This document shows, piece after piece, positions 42,297 through 53,750 of a stretch of 64,000 bases of DNA (its first letter is position 1; the number at the start of each line of letters is the position of its first letter). The notes under the pieces are model-generated. The model was not told where the DNA came from and ran no database searches. It saw only the letters and a program-made list of their open reading frames with translations. The stretch comes from Auanema rhodensis (lineage: Eukaryota > Animalia > Nematoda): positions 19,158,001 to 19,222,000 of the forward strand of contig OZ059895.1 in the NCBI GenBank assembly GCA_964057225.1, written 5' to 3'. Position numbers and translations under genes: made by a program.

Positions 42297-44510
42297 ATGT
42301 TTAATTCGTATCATAACTACCTTGACCATTTTCCCAACGAAACCTGTTTCACAGCTTGTTTTTTCAAACATATGGTTAAATACAACAATAAAAAAATCTT
42401 AGTAACTTTAATCTTTTCACAGTTGTAAATCTTAATTAACATTCAGGTGGATGATGAAACAAATCAAATAATGAGCTTCTACAGTTTTCAAAATATTACA
42501 GCTGGTTATTCACATTCTCTGAAACACATACTACAAAAGCAACCTAGCAAAATAGTTGTCACAATATGTGGAAACTCGATAGAAATTTTGGCCATGAACT
42601 TGGCTCTCATTGGAATGGGATATACAGTAATGCCACTAAATCCAGCACTCACTCAATGTATTTTCATAGTCTTTGGGAAAAGCTGTTAATTGTTTTCAGA
42701 TGAAATTCACAAATGTTTATTTGGGTTAGATATCAATATAGTTATTGTCCAGGATCAACAATGTCTTTCACTTGAAAACAAATACAGAACTTATAATTTG
42801 TTCGACATAGAACATTATGAGCGAGAAAATAATTTGTTGGATCCGTGTAAATGTAATCGAGAAACAGCTGTAAGCTCATTGAAGCCATCAAAAAACAAAA
42901 TTGGATTCAAAATAAATCTTTTAGGCTTTCATATTTTTTTCTTCCGGTACAACAGGACCTCCGAAAACAATACAGCTAAATCACAATAGTTTGATAGCGT
43001 TTTTGAACCAACTAATGTATTTTTAATTGCTTTTCTGATATTTTGTATTTATCAATGTTTTAATTTCAAAAGTTTAATTTATAGCTGTTCGCATACGCAA
43101 TCTAAATTCAATTTTGTGACTGTCAACGAAACTGATGTAAGAAAGTTGAATTTCAGCGAATTATTAACGATTAACTTGGGTTTAGAATGTTTTTAGTGTT
43201 CTTCCATATTTTCATCTTGGTGGGATATTAACCACGTATTCTATGATGTGGTTGGGAGCAACTATATTCGTGAATAGAAAATGGAATGCTGAAAAATTTG
43301 TTCATTGTTTGCAAAAAAATCAAGTAAGCTTTTTATCTTTTTTAAAGTTTATCACGACTATCTTAGATAACGGTGCTCAACGTTGTTCCACCGATTCTGA
43401 AATATCTACATTTGATTGGGTCAAAAACAACACTAAATTATCTAAAGTAGCGATTCGTTCCACAAGAAATAAGCATTTATATTGTTACAGGACAATTTTT
43501 ATTGGAGCTTCTCGAGTTGATCCAAAAATTGTTATATCTATACAAAACATTTTTAAAAACGTTAAAATATCACAACGTAAGAATAATGGGCGCTGGTATT
43601 GTTTCGCTCATCCCCCCCAGATAGAGAGAGCTTCAACAAAATTTAAAAGTATTAAACTCGCAGAGATGAGACTCTGTATTTTCAGGTAAAAAACGCATGC
43701 GCTCTAATGTTAACTCTTAGGGGGGGGGGTGGGCGAAACGATACCAGCCCCGAATAATGACATGCTGATACGTAATTACAAAACTCTTTAAGTTTTTGGA
43801 ATGACAGAAGCAGGATTAATAGTTTTCATGAGTCCAAAAGAAAGTGATGATCCTACTCACGTGGGAATTCCATTCCCTGGTGTTGAATCGAAGGTATATT
43901 AAAAAAAAAAAAATACTTAACAGCATTCTTTTTTCTTTAGATTGTCAACCAAGAATTATATGTGAAAACGCCTACCATGATGAGTGGATACTTTAAGTCC
44001 AAGTAATATACGACGTATATATTTTTTTAAAAAATAAATTGCAGAATAAATCCTTTCCAGGACGGGTGGTTCCCTACCGGCGATCTGGTAGAGGAAACTT
44101 CAGAAGGTTTTTTACGAATTATCGGAAGAGTGAAAGATATGATTAAAATTAGAGGATGGCAAGTACTGCGACCCCATGCAGTTAATCATTTAGTCAGAAA
44201 AAATAGGTAAACCCATCGGAAATTGAGGAACTTGTAAATCAAGTGAATGGAGTGGAGGATTGTGCTGTATGTGGCGCACATTTTGGTAGTTCAGATAGAC
44301 TGTTGCTTTTTTTCGTTGGGGATATAAATAGTGAAACAATAAATCACGTTCTGAAAAGTAAGTTAACACAACTTGCAAAATCATACTGTTCAAGATAATT
44401 TAATTTCATATAAACATCCGTTCTGGATCACTCGAGTTAGAAGCATCAACCGAACAGAGTCAGGAAAAATAAAAAGAACACAAATCAAGATGATGACGTC
44501 AGATTTTTAA
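42297..44510 (+). CDS. AMP-binding acyl-CoA synthetase (4CL/luciferase-like)
   Basis: FFSSGTTGPPK, LPYFHLGG, FGMTEAG, GWFPTGD, GRVKDMIKIRGWQVNPSEIE and SGKIKR. Confidence 0.85.
43589..43751. mobile_element. 163-bp MITE, Merlin/IS1016-like, in an intron
   Basis: About 30-bp imperfect TIRs (GGCGCTGGTATTGTTTCGCTCATCCCCCCC versus the reverse complement GGGGCTGGTATCGTTTCGCCCACCCCCCCC), flanked by a perfect 8-bp TSD GAATAATG at 43581-43588 and 43752-43759. Confidence 0.85.
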
Positions 44511-44561
44511 TTTGAATTACACACGCAACATTTAATTGAAAGTTTGATAAATAAAAATTAC

Positions 44562-45516
44562 TTATTCATATTGACAATTGGTTTCGGCAATACTCCAATC
44601 TCCAATTATGACTTCCGTCTTCCCCAAAGTTACCCCGCTCTCCGAATCCACAATTCCGATTTCGAATTCATTGTCGGCACAACAATCGTGATAGATAGCC
44701 AACTCAACTGCTTTACGAAGAACAGCTTCAGCGTCCGCTTTGGAAAGTCTTTCATCCTTGAAGTATATTAATAATTTTATATCGTGTATTCTGAAGTTTA
44801 CCTTCTTTCTATATTCATCTTCAACAGCTTGGTTCAATAACATTGCTCCAATACCAGTAGCAACTGATTTAACAGAATAAGCAACACCCTAGAACAAAAT
44901 TTCTAATGTTCATCATGAATGATATCTCAACAGACCTTTAAAGTAATGACCCCAATAAACGGAGTGGCTGTTTCTTTGTTGTTTTTCTCTTCTTCTTCAA
45001 CCCCAGCGACAATCAGAGTGTTGAACACTGGATTCATTTTGCAGCGCCTACAATGAAAATAAGAGGGTTGAAATTAAATTGCGGTTACTTAGCATATATC
45101 AAGCTGGTGAGAAAGCCATGGAGAGCCTTAGGAGTAAGCTCTTGCCCTATACCGGCCCATTGAAGTGCCTAAAATAGATAGTCTAAAAGAAATCACAAAT
45201 TTTGTAGCATACACGACGCTCAATCACATTCTGCAACCACTGGAAATCAGCATGATCTCCACCGAAGGCAACAATTACATTATCGTTTACCTTATACTGA
45301 CGAGAAATTCCCTGAAATTTAAAAATGAATATCATACAAGCTTCCTGCAATGCCTTATATCTAGCTGTCTTGCCATAAGAAACAACGCTATCAGTAGCAA
45401 GGACTACTCCTTTGTCATATTGTATAGCAAATACCGAAGTTCCGGTACATGTAGGATTTCTTAATAAATATATTAAAAAAACATAACATGCACAACACTT
45501 ACAATGTACGTTGCAT
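44562..45516 (-). CDS. pbs-7: Proteasome subunit beta type-4 (beta 7)
   Basis: [47 protein letters not shown] and [13 protein letters not shown]. Confidence 0.95.
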
Positions 45517-45676
45517 CCTCAAAAGATATATGGTATACTAAAAAATGCAAATAATAAAACACAAGATGTAATATAGATATAACATCGCAAAAGCATCGAA
45601 TAGCACCGAACAATCAAAAATAAAAGAGTTCATTAATAGGTAACTTATTAACAAAGAAGTTATAACAAAATTAGTT

Positions 45677-47746
45677 CTATATACTTCCGTTCATAACGTG
45701 TAAGTGTGAAAACATAGATTTATGTGCTGAAACATACTGCAATTTTTTAAGGAAAGATAAACCTGATTTACCTGGACAGTCCAAATATTTTAACTTGCAA
45801 TTAAATTTGCAACATTTCTTGCACATGCCATTTTTACATCCTTGTCCTCCGGGTTGTCCACATTTCTGACAAGGAGGGAATTTAATCTAAAAACAAGTAT
45901 AAACCAAATCCTTGTGAAATGGATAAAAAAACCTTTCGTGTAGCTAACAGTTTTTGCCCAAGAACTTTTCTTCTTTCTCTCTTTTTAGCCTGCCTAAATA
46001 AACATATTGGAGATCATAAATATGAATATTTACTTTATTGATATTCCCAGAAGAGAAGCTTTCTGTTTTAATTCATCTTTCTTTGTCGTTTTTTGTTCTC
46101 CGTTCACTTCAAGTTTTTCTTCCTTAAGAAAGCCAACATTTTAAAAAACATAACTTTTCATATTGCCTGATTTAAACGAAAATAAGGCTTAGATATCCAA
46201 TGAGGCGTCTTAGATATAGCAACAGGGTCTATCAAACAAGAACCGAATCTACGATATTAATATTCAGTTAATGTTAATAGACAACTTTAAATTAACTTGA
46301 TTTCTTGGAAGTATGTCAAAGCTTTCTCAACTTTTTCCCGTTGATCGTCTTCTTCCAGTGCAGCTAAAACTCTTTCTTGAACTATTAATACAACATTTCT
46401 AAACGCTTCAATAGTATTCTCGGCAGAAACCCGTTGTCTTAAATCTTCATACACAAGCAAACTGTAAAGCTAAGAAAATATACCAGACATCTCGTGAAAT
46501 TCACCTATGATGTAATATTCTAAAAATGTGAGCTCTCACTGCGCTTATGTTAGCTTCGAAAATATCTGCATATTTTAGATATTCTAATGCAATAGCCCAG
46601 GAATCGCAGTGAGCATCCTGAAAAGCATGAAGCGTATGTAATATATCGTAGAATTAAAACTGACAGAAAAAAGCATTGGGTTATACAAAATTCCTTCTGC
46701 TGACATAACTGCAGCAGCTCCAGTTATTTTCAAGCACCTCGAAATATCCCCAGGCATCTAGACAAATAGAGAATAAAAAAGAACAAAACAAATGAATTCA
46801 CCTGGCAATTACCATTAGCTATTACTGGCACACTAACAGCATCCACAACCTCTCGTATTCTATCCCAGTCAGCCAAACCGGTAACAGTACCTTTCATGTC
46901 TCTAGTTCTCCCGTGGACAGTTAGCCTATGTAAAGAACAAAATATTTAAAAAATGAATTAGAAATTACATTGTTGCACCAGCATTCACTAATCGATGAGC
47001 ATAATCTATAGTTTTCTTTGGGCAAGGAAGTATTCTAATCTTACACGACACAGGTAATGAACAAAAATCTCTCACTCTAGAAACCATATCACACACTACA
47101 TCTAACTCTTCCTGAAATAAATATTAATAGATAAAATAATCTCTGAAAAGTTTACTTGCAAGTAAGCCCCATAATGGCCTCTCTTCGCAACCATTTGTGG
47201 ACATCCTAAATTTAGATCTACGCCATCGCAATACCCTTCAACTAGTCGGCAAGCTGAGAGAAAAGTATTAGGATTATTCGCGCAAAACTATAAAAGAGAC
47301 AATTTGAAAGCTTTCCATATATCATACCTGAACTATTAAAGGTCTGTCCTCAGCACAAAGAGTCAAAGCATTTTTTCTATATGTTGTATCGTTTACAAAT
47401 AAATGAGCATGAATCATTGGCGTATATGTTAATTCTGCACCATATTTTCTCATTAGCATCCGGAAGGCAAGCTCACTGAATAGTATACTCTCAATAATAA
47501 TAATAATAATATATTACCTTTGATCAACCATCGGTGCCACAACTTTCGTTATTTTTTTCTTTTCTAATAATTCCCGCCAGAAATTCATATTTTTATCAAT
47601 CTCAAAAGAAACGCTTTCAGGTATTAATGTAAAAATTAACGAACAATTTCTTGAGAATTTTTCTCAGTTCGCTCGGGTACTTCATCTTTAGATATCCTGA
47701 TCAACTCGTAGACCGGATGTTTGCATTTGATACCACCTTCCGCCAT
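45677..47746 (-). CDS. DUS1L: tRNA-dihydrouridine(16/17) synthase DUS1-like
   Basis: [69 protein letters not shown] and a C-terminal Cys-rich region. Confidence 0.92.
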
Positions 47747-47874
47747 TTCTATATGTAACAATAGTTAAATAAGCAAGCATGCTAAATACAAAAAGCGAAC
47801 AAACGCTTGAAAATAATTATAAAACAATCATCACTTATTTATCACGAGATCATAAATTAATGAAAGATAAAATA

Positions 47875-49805
47875 TCACCTCCGATCACTTCCACCATAAG
47901 AGCCATGCCGACCATAATGACCCCGGTGATCTCTGAAAGAAAATTTTAATGTATCTGCACCCAGTAAGTATGAACCTCTTCCCTCGGCCTCCGCCTCCTT
48001 TCCAACCCCGATCGTTTCTTTTGTTCGACCACGTCCTGTCTAAATTACCATTTCTACTTTTCCACTGCTCTCGTCCACGATCTTAAAAGGTTGTTGTGCA
48101 ATATATACAAAATAATTTATACCATATCGATAAGATGGAAATTCTTTATCATTTTCATCAGCGTTGGAACTGACCGATACATCATTATAATTCCCCTTCA
48201 AGAAAAGAACGAATTTTCAAAAAACCGCCTTAATATTACTTTATAATAAGTATTAGGTACAAAGTTTCCTTGATTAAGAGACACAGTAGTCGGATTAGGT
48301 AGTCCATTTTCCCGCCCATTCCATTGCCCACCATAAGGAGGATATTGAACAATCTAAACAATTAATGGATACAAACATCAATTTAATCATTACATTTAGC
48401 ATTGGATTATTAGATACTGAGGGCACGGTGTTCACTATATCATCATCCTCATCACCAATATCCATATCAGCCATGTCATGGTTATCACGAATGGGCTCTC
48501 TTAAATCTAACAAAAAAAAAGATATTTTTTTTACTTTTGCGACGCGAAAATGTACTTTGCAATACATGTTCTACTCCTATAGCGTAAATATCGTCATTAG
48601 GTGTAGGTGAAGGAGCATCTCTTGGTGGTGTAGCTGCAGGATAAACACCTGTTTTTTCCATTTCCTGTAGAAAATGTATTTGATTTTGATTACGGTCGAG
48701 CATTTTTGCAAATCACCTTTAGTTCAGTTTTTACTACCCTCACACCTTGATAAAATTTTTGATAGGCCTAAAGATTTGGAGTGATTTCTGATGACTGTAC
48801 TGTCTAAAAAAATTACATCTTCAGCAACAGTGACATCCCGCAATTGATGAGAAAACTGCCTCTTTGCTATTTCCAGCATTTCAACTAATAAAAGCATTTT
48901 TTTCTTTTGTAGCTCCATCACATGGCGGAACGAATTCAGCTGTTTTGTTGCCTCCTTTGTCTCGTTTTCCAGAACAGTAACTTCATGTCGATCTAACAAT
49001 GTAGAAACAATTTTAATTTTGGAAAAAAATCAGACCTCTCGCTTTTTTATTGCTTTCTTGGAAATTTAAATTAGAGTTCCTCAAAATATGAAAAGCGCAT
49101 TCAACTAGTTCTCTACCCTGCATTGAAATAATATACTTTCTTACATAAGAACTTGCAAACTTTTTGAAATATATTCAATTTTCTTATTAACTCATCAACA
49201 TCCAAATCGACGCATATATCATCACCATCCGTGGCATCAGTATTGGCTTCAAAAAAAAGTAGATAAAACAAAATTTAAAAAAAACTTACAAATAATATTA
49301 TTCATAGCTTGTACACTCTCTTTTGCGAACACTTGCCTGTCTCCAAAAATACCAATGCATCGCTCCATAGTTAGTTTGACTTGTTTAGAATTTCTTAAGC
49401 AAACGATTATAAATAATTAAAATTTCAAACCTTCCGATTTGTACTGCAGCAAGAACAGCAGGTTGAAATGCAGGAATCAAATAATCAATGTGCTTATTTT
49501 TAGCCTTTTGCACAACATCGTTCATTATATAAAATAGGGCAATTCTCTGCTGGTCAGAAGATGCTGAAACAACAAATATATATATTAGATATACGTTTGC
49601 ACACCTTTTTGAAAACAGGTTAACCATCCATTCACTATAACATCGATAGAATTTTTATCTTTGTAATGCATAATCCATAACGAAATTGTTTCAATGGATT
49701 CTTGAGATATATTACGAACCTAAGAACGTTAATGAAAAATAATATTAAAAAACATCATACATCTTGTAGTCTCCTTAAAACTGCCTCTGATGAAATACCA
49801 CCCAT
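47875..49805 (-). CDS. cids-2: RNA Pol II CTD-interacting domain protein (RPRD1/2 family)
   Basis: SQESIETISLWIMHY, RIALFYIMNDVVQKAK, a coiled coil and an RG-rich C-terminus. The family call is strong. The paralogue symbol rests on recalled neighbourhood with DUS1L/phip-1 and is less certain. Confidence 0.8.
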
Positions 49806-50023
49806 TCACCTAAATAATTCACTAAAGGAAAATATGAGCATCATGAAAGACAAAACATGCTGTTGTGTATATAAAGCTAAATCATCATTTATGTTACTTT
49901 CCAACGAACGCTCCACTTGACGTACTCTAATGTCATTTGGAGCAGGATTTGAGTGTTTTCTCTTAATAATTCATACATTAATTATTTCACGATTTCATGT
50001 TTTAATTCTGTTTTGAGTAGATC

Positions 50024-50485
50024 ATGTCATTGGACGGGGTGGATAATGTGGATATTGATTCAAATGGTATATATAAATATATTTTAATTGAGGCAAGTAA
50101 TTATTAATATTATAAATTTGGAATAAACTGAATGCAAATGTAGCATATATAGCATTTCATTTTCTAGTGCCAAAGCAATGGAACTAAAAAATTACTGGTA
50201 CGAGGATATGCTTCTTGTCAATTTCATGCGGATATTTTTGATTTGGTCGAAGAACAGTTGGGAAAACAATTCAAGTTAAAATGTATTGGTGGAGGACGTA
50301 TTCGGAACGACCCAGTTAACAAAGAGATTTTAATTTATGGCTATTCCCAGGCTAGATTAGTTTTTGTTTCAAGCTTATCTACTATTTTACAGGGATATGG
50401 TCAAGCTGATCACACTAAAACAGTTGCACTAGTTAAAGAGAAATATCCTAATTTTGTTGTTAATTTTTCTAATGATGGCTATTGA
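50024..50485 (+). CDS. phip-1: Janus/Ocnus-family phosphohistidine phosphatase (PHPT1)
   Basis: VDIDSNGIYKYILI, LVRG..FHADIFD, CIGGGRI and YGYSQ|GYGQADH..FSNDGY*. Confidence 0.92.
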
Positions 50486-50764
50486 ATAAATCAAATTCTC
50501 TGATCTTTCATTGTTTAATATTAGCTTCTGTTCGATCTGATAAACAATCAAAACGTGTTAATCTCTTATCTACAATTCCTGTCTTCAAAGTATAGTTTCA
50601 ATGTGCCACGTCTTATTCTTATCGTGATAAAAATGTTCTCTAAAAACTGTTGCTTATCTGATTTGTCTTAGTATTTGCTGTCATTTGGGCGGCCTCTGGC
50701 GTCGTAATCATCGTCTCATTTCTGCCATTTCTTTCTTTCTGAATGTCATCTCTTTCTTTTAGCA

Positions 50765-51345
50765 ATGGCTGAATTTGTAGGCAGATGGAAGCTTGTCAAG
50801 AGCGACAAATTTGAAGAGTACATGAGTGTAATTTAATATTTTTTACCCGAAATGTTCTTTTTGGATTTTAGGAAGTTGGGGTTGGACTATTAACCCGAAA
50901 GGCTGCTGCTTCTCTTAAGCCAACCCTTGTTGTCAAGATAGATGTAAGTATCAGTAGCGTGTCATACCAGTAACTGATTTTTTCCAGGGCAATCATTGGA
51001 TCTGCAACCAAGAATCCACATTCAAGAATACTACTCTTGAATTCAATCTTGGAGAAGTTTAAAGTTTTTCTAATGTTGAGTTTAATTTTGGCTGTTTAGG
51101 AATTTGATGAAACAACTCCTGATGGAAGAACTATGAAATCAAAGGTTGAATTAGTCAACGGAAAGCTCATTCATACTCAAAAGAAGGTCAAGGTTAGTCA
51201 ATGAAGGTTATATTTGATTCCTACAATTTTGTTGCAGAGTTCTGATAAAGATAGTGTGATTGAGCGTTGGCTAGAAGGTGATCACTTAATTACCACTCTT
51301 ACTTCTGGCTCTGTTGTCTGCCGTCGTGAGTACATCCGCGAATGA
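50765..51345 (+). CDS. lbp-6: Cytosolic fatty-acid binding protein (lbp-5/6-like)
   Basis: MAEFVGRWKLVKSDKFEEYM.EVGVGLLTRKAAA, STFKNT, EFDETTPDGR and VVCRREYIRE*. The exact paralogue is uncertain. Confidence 0.9.
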
Positions 51346-51695
51346 TTCATAAAGTTGTATTGATAATCATTAATAAACATTCTATATTGAGAGTTTATTG
51401 TTACTTTAAAGTAGTCAAGCCTGTTGGATGTTTCGTATTTTCCTTGGTTAATTTATAAGGTTAATTTATAAACAAAAAAAAATATATGTGCAGAATGCGT
51501 ACGGCGTTCCATTTGCAGTTTTTTCACACAATAGCTGTCATGTTTAAACATATGAGTTATTTTGTTTATAATTAAAATGAGATTTGATGGATTGGTAGAC
51601 AAGCATTATATTACACATTATGTCATAGTATTTTCTGCTCACAATGCCAGCAATAGAATTCAATTTAAATTTTGCAGCATACAGTTTCGTGTCGA

Positions 51696-53027
51696 ATGGA
51701 ATCTCAACTTATAGGTATAGCTTGTTGTGCAATTTCTGCTATTTTTTTTGGTAGCATGTTCGTTCCTGTGAGAAATTGCAATATTGGAAATGGTTAGTAG
51801 TGTACTGAAGAAAATTTCCTTAAATATACTGTCTCTATGTTCAGGAATATTTTTTCAATGGGTCATGTCATCAGCTATAATCTTGGTTGGGTTTATCATC
51901 TATGCAAAAAACAACTTTCTAGGTTTCTATCCTATTGCCATGCTAGGAGGCGCATTCTGGACAATAGGTTGCTATATGTTTTTGTATAATGTTGTTTATT
52001 TATATTTAGGAAATAGTACCGCTGTACCTATTATCCAAAGAGTGGGCATGGCTATGGGTATTTTAATCTGGAATACTACTAATTGCCTATCAGGATGGGC
52101 ATGTGGTCGTTTTGGACTCTTCGGCACAAAGCCTCATCACCCAACTAATTCAATCTTGAATTATTTCGGGCTCACTTTAGTAGTTGTGGGGTAGTTCTGG
52201 AATCATTCTCTAAAAGTACTTAGCATTCTTGCAGAGGATTTGTTTTCACTTTAGTTCAAAATTCAAAGGATGAAGAAAAAACTGTCTCTATAGAATTACA
52301 AGTTTTATCTTCTATTATTTTTATTTTTCTTCTTTAAATTTAGAAGAGTCAAAAAGAAGACACTTTGCTAAAAGAGACTGCCGAAACTGCTGAACAAGAT
52401 TATGGTTCACAATATTCGTCTAGAGAACGCTTTGTGTAAGTTCAAAGGTTTCAAACATTAAAAAAAATATATAAACATTAAGTGGAGTTTTCTTGGCAAT
52501 ATTTGCTGGGTTTTTCTATGGAATTACATTTGTTCCTGTTAATTACATGACTGATAACCCTCACAAATTTCCATCTTATCCACAAGATGGGCTTAGTTAT
52601 GTATTTTCTCATTTTTCTGGAATATATATTACTTCATCAGTATTGATGCTAGCGTATACAGCATTTGCGTAGGTGATTCTGTTTGAAAATTATATTATTT
52701 ATTAAACTGTACAGAAAGAACAAACCGTTTATATCAGCTCGCTTAATCTTACCATCGTTTGCGACTGGTTTGATGTGGGCGGTAGCTCAATGTTCTTTTT
52801 TTGTTGCTAACCAACTTTTATCACAAGCAATTACATTTCCAATTATTACTATGTTACCAGGTTGTATAGCATCATTATGGAGCTTCTTCTTTTTTAAGGA
52901 AATAACGGTAAACACGTATAAATTTCACATTAAACAAAAAGTTTAGGGAATCAAAAATGTTGTAACTACTTCCATTGGCATACTTATAACTATGCTCGGA
53001 GTTGTGATCGTTGCAATATCAAAGTAG
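51696..53027 (+). CDS. TMEM144: TMEM144 / drug-metabolite transporter family protein
   Basis: FFGSMFVPV..GNGIFFQWVM, FYPIAMLGGAFWTIGNSTAVPII, GWACGRFGLFG, YVFSHFSGI and LSQAITFPII. Confidence 0.9.
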
Positions 53028-53263
53028 TTTAATTCTAGCATCTTATCTTGATTTTGACCATTGTGTTGTTATGCATATATGGCTTTAAGCATTTCGAGAC
53101 ACCTGTAATAATAGTCTGTTCTAATAAATCTATCTAAACCACGATAATACCACAACATATCCAGTGAAACAGAGAAATTCAATTCTTAGTTTACTGCTAA
53201 TACATATAATTAACCTAATTTTCGACTATTAACTCGAACATATAATGAACATATGATATATTG

Positions 53264-53384
53264 TTTGCTCAGGCTTAGCCAAGGCAGAAATATTAGAAAA
53301 CTGTGAACATTTGATTTGATGTTGACAATACTTGCAAAAAAAGTTAATTTATAAATACTATCGTATTGGCTCAGCCTGAGCAAA
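53264..53384. other. Pair of inverted 19-bp degenerate palindromes (candidate DNA-elimination break motifs)
   Basis: TTTGCTCAGGCTTAGCCAA (53264-53282) and TTGGCTCAGCCTGAGCAAA (53366-53384) are reverse complements at 18/19, and each is itself palindromic about GGC/GCC. The repeat is seen directly; the function is inferred. Confidence 0.55.
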
Positions 53385-53427
53385 TGTTATACATAACAAA
53401 TCTACGAAGCTCGGAAAGACGCATCGA

Positions 53428-53572
53428 ATGACTTTGAAATTTACGTGAACTTTAATTTATGCTAATTAAATGTACACGTGATGCGCACATGGTATGTAAC
53501 TCGCTTCCCCTGAAAGATAAAGAGATGCGATTTTCAAATTTGATTTCCCCGTGTCCATATTAGTCTAAAAAC
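53428..53572 (-). repeat. Inverted partial copy of the 176-bp satellite monomer
   Basis: Reverse complement of about 145 bp of the monomer with a few substitutions. Confidence 0.93.
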
Positions 53573-53750
53573 GGCATAAATTAAAGTTCACGTAAATTTG
53601 AAATTCATGGTAACCATACGAAATTCATGGTAACCATAATTCGTTGCATTTGACGACTCATATGAACAAAAATCGATTTAATCAATATTAGCCATAAGGG
53701 GCGTGCCCTCAGAATATGCTAATTTCCTTAATTTTCTAAAATTTTTTCCT

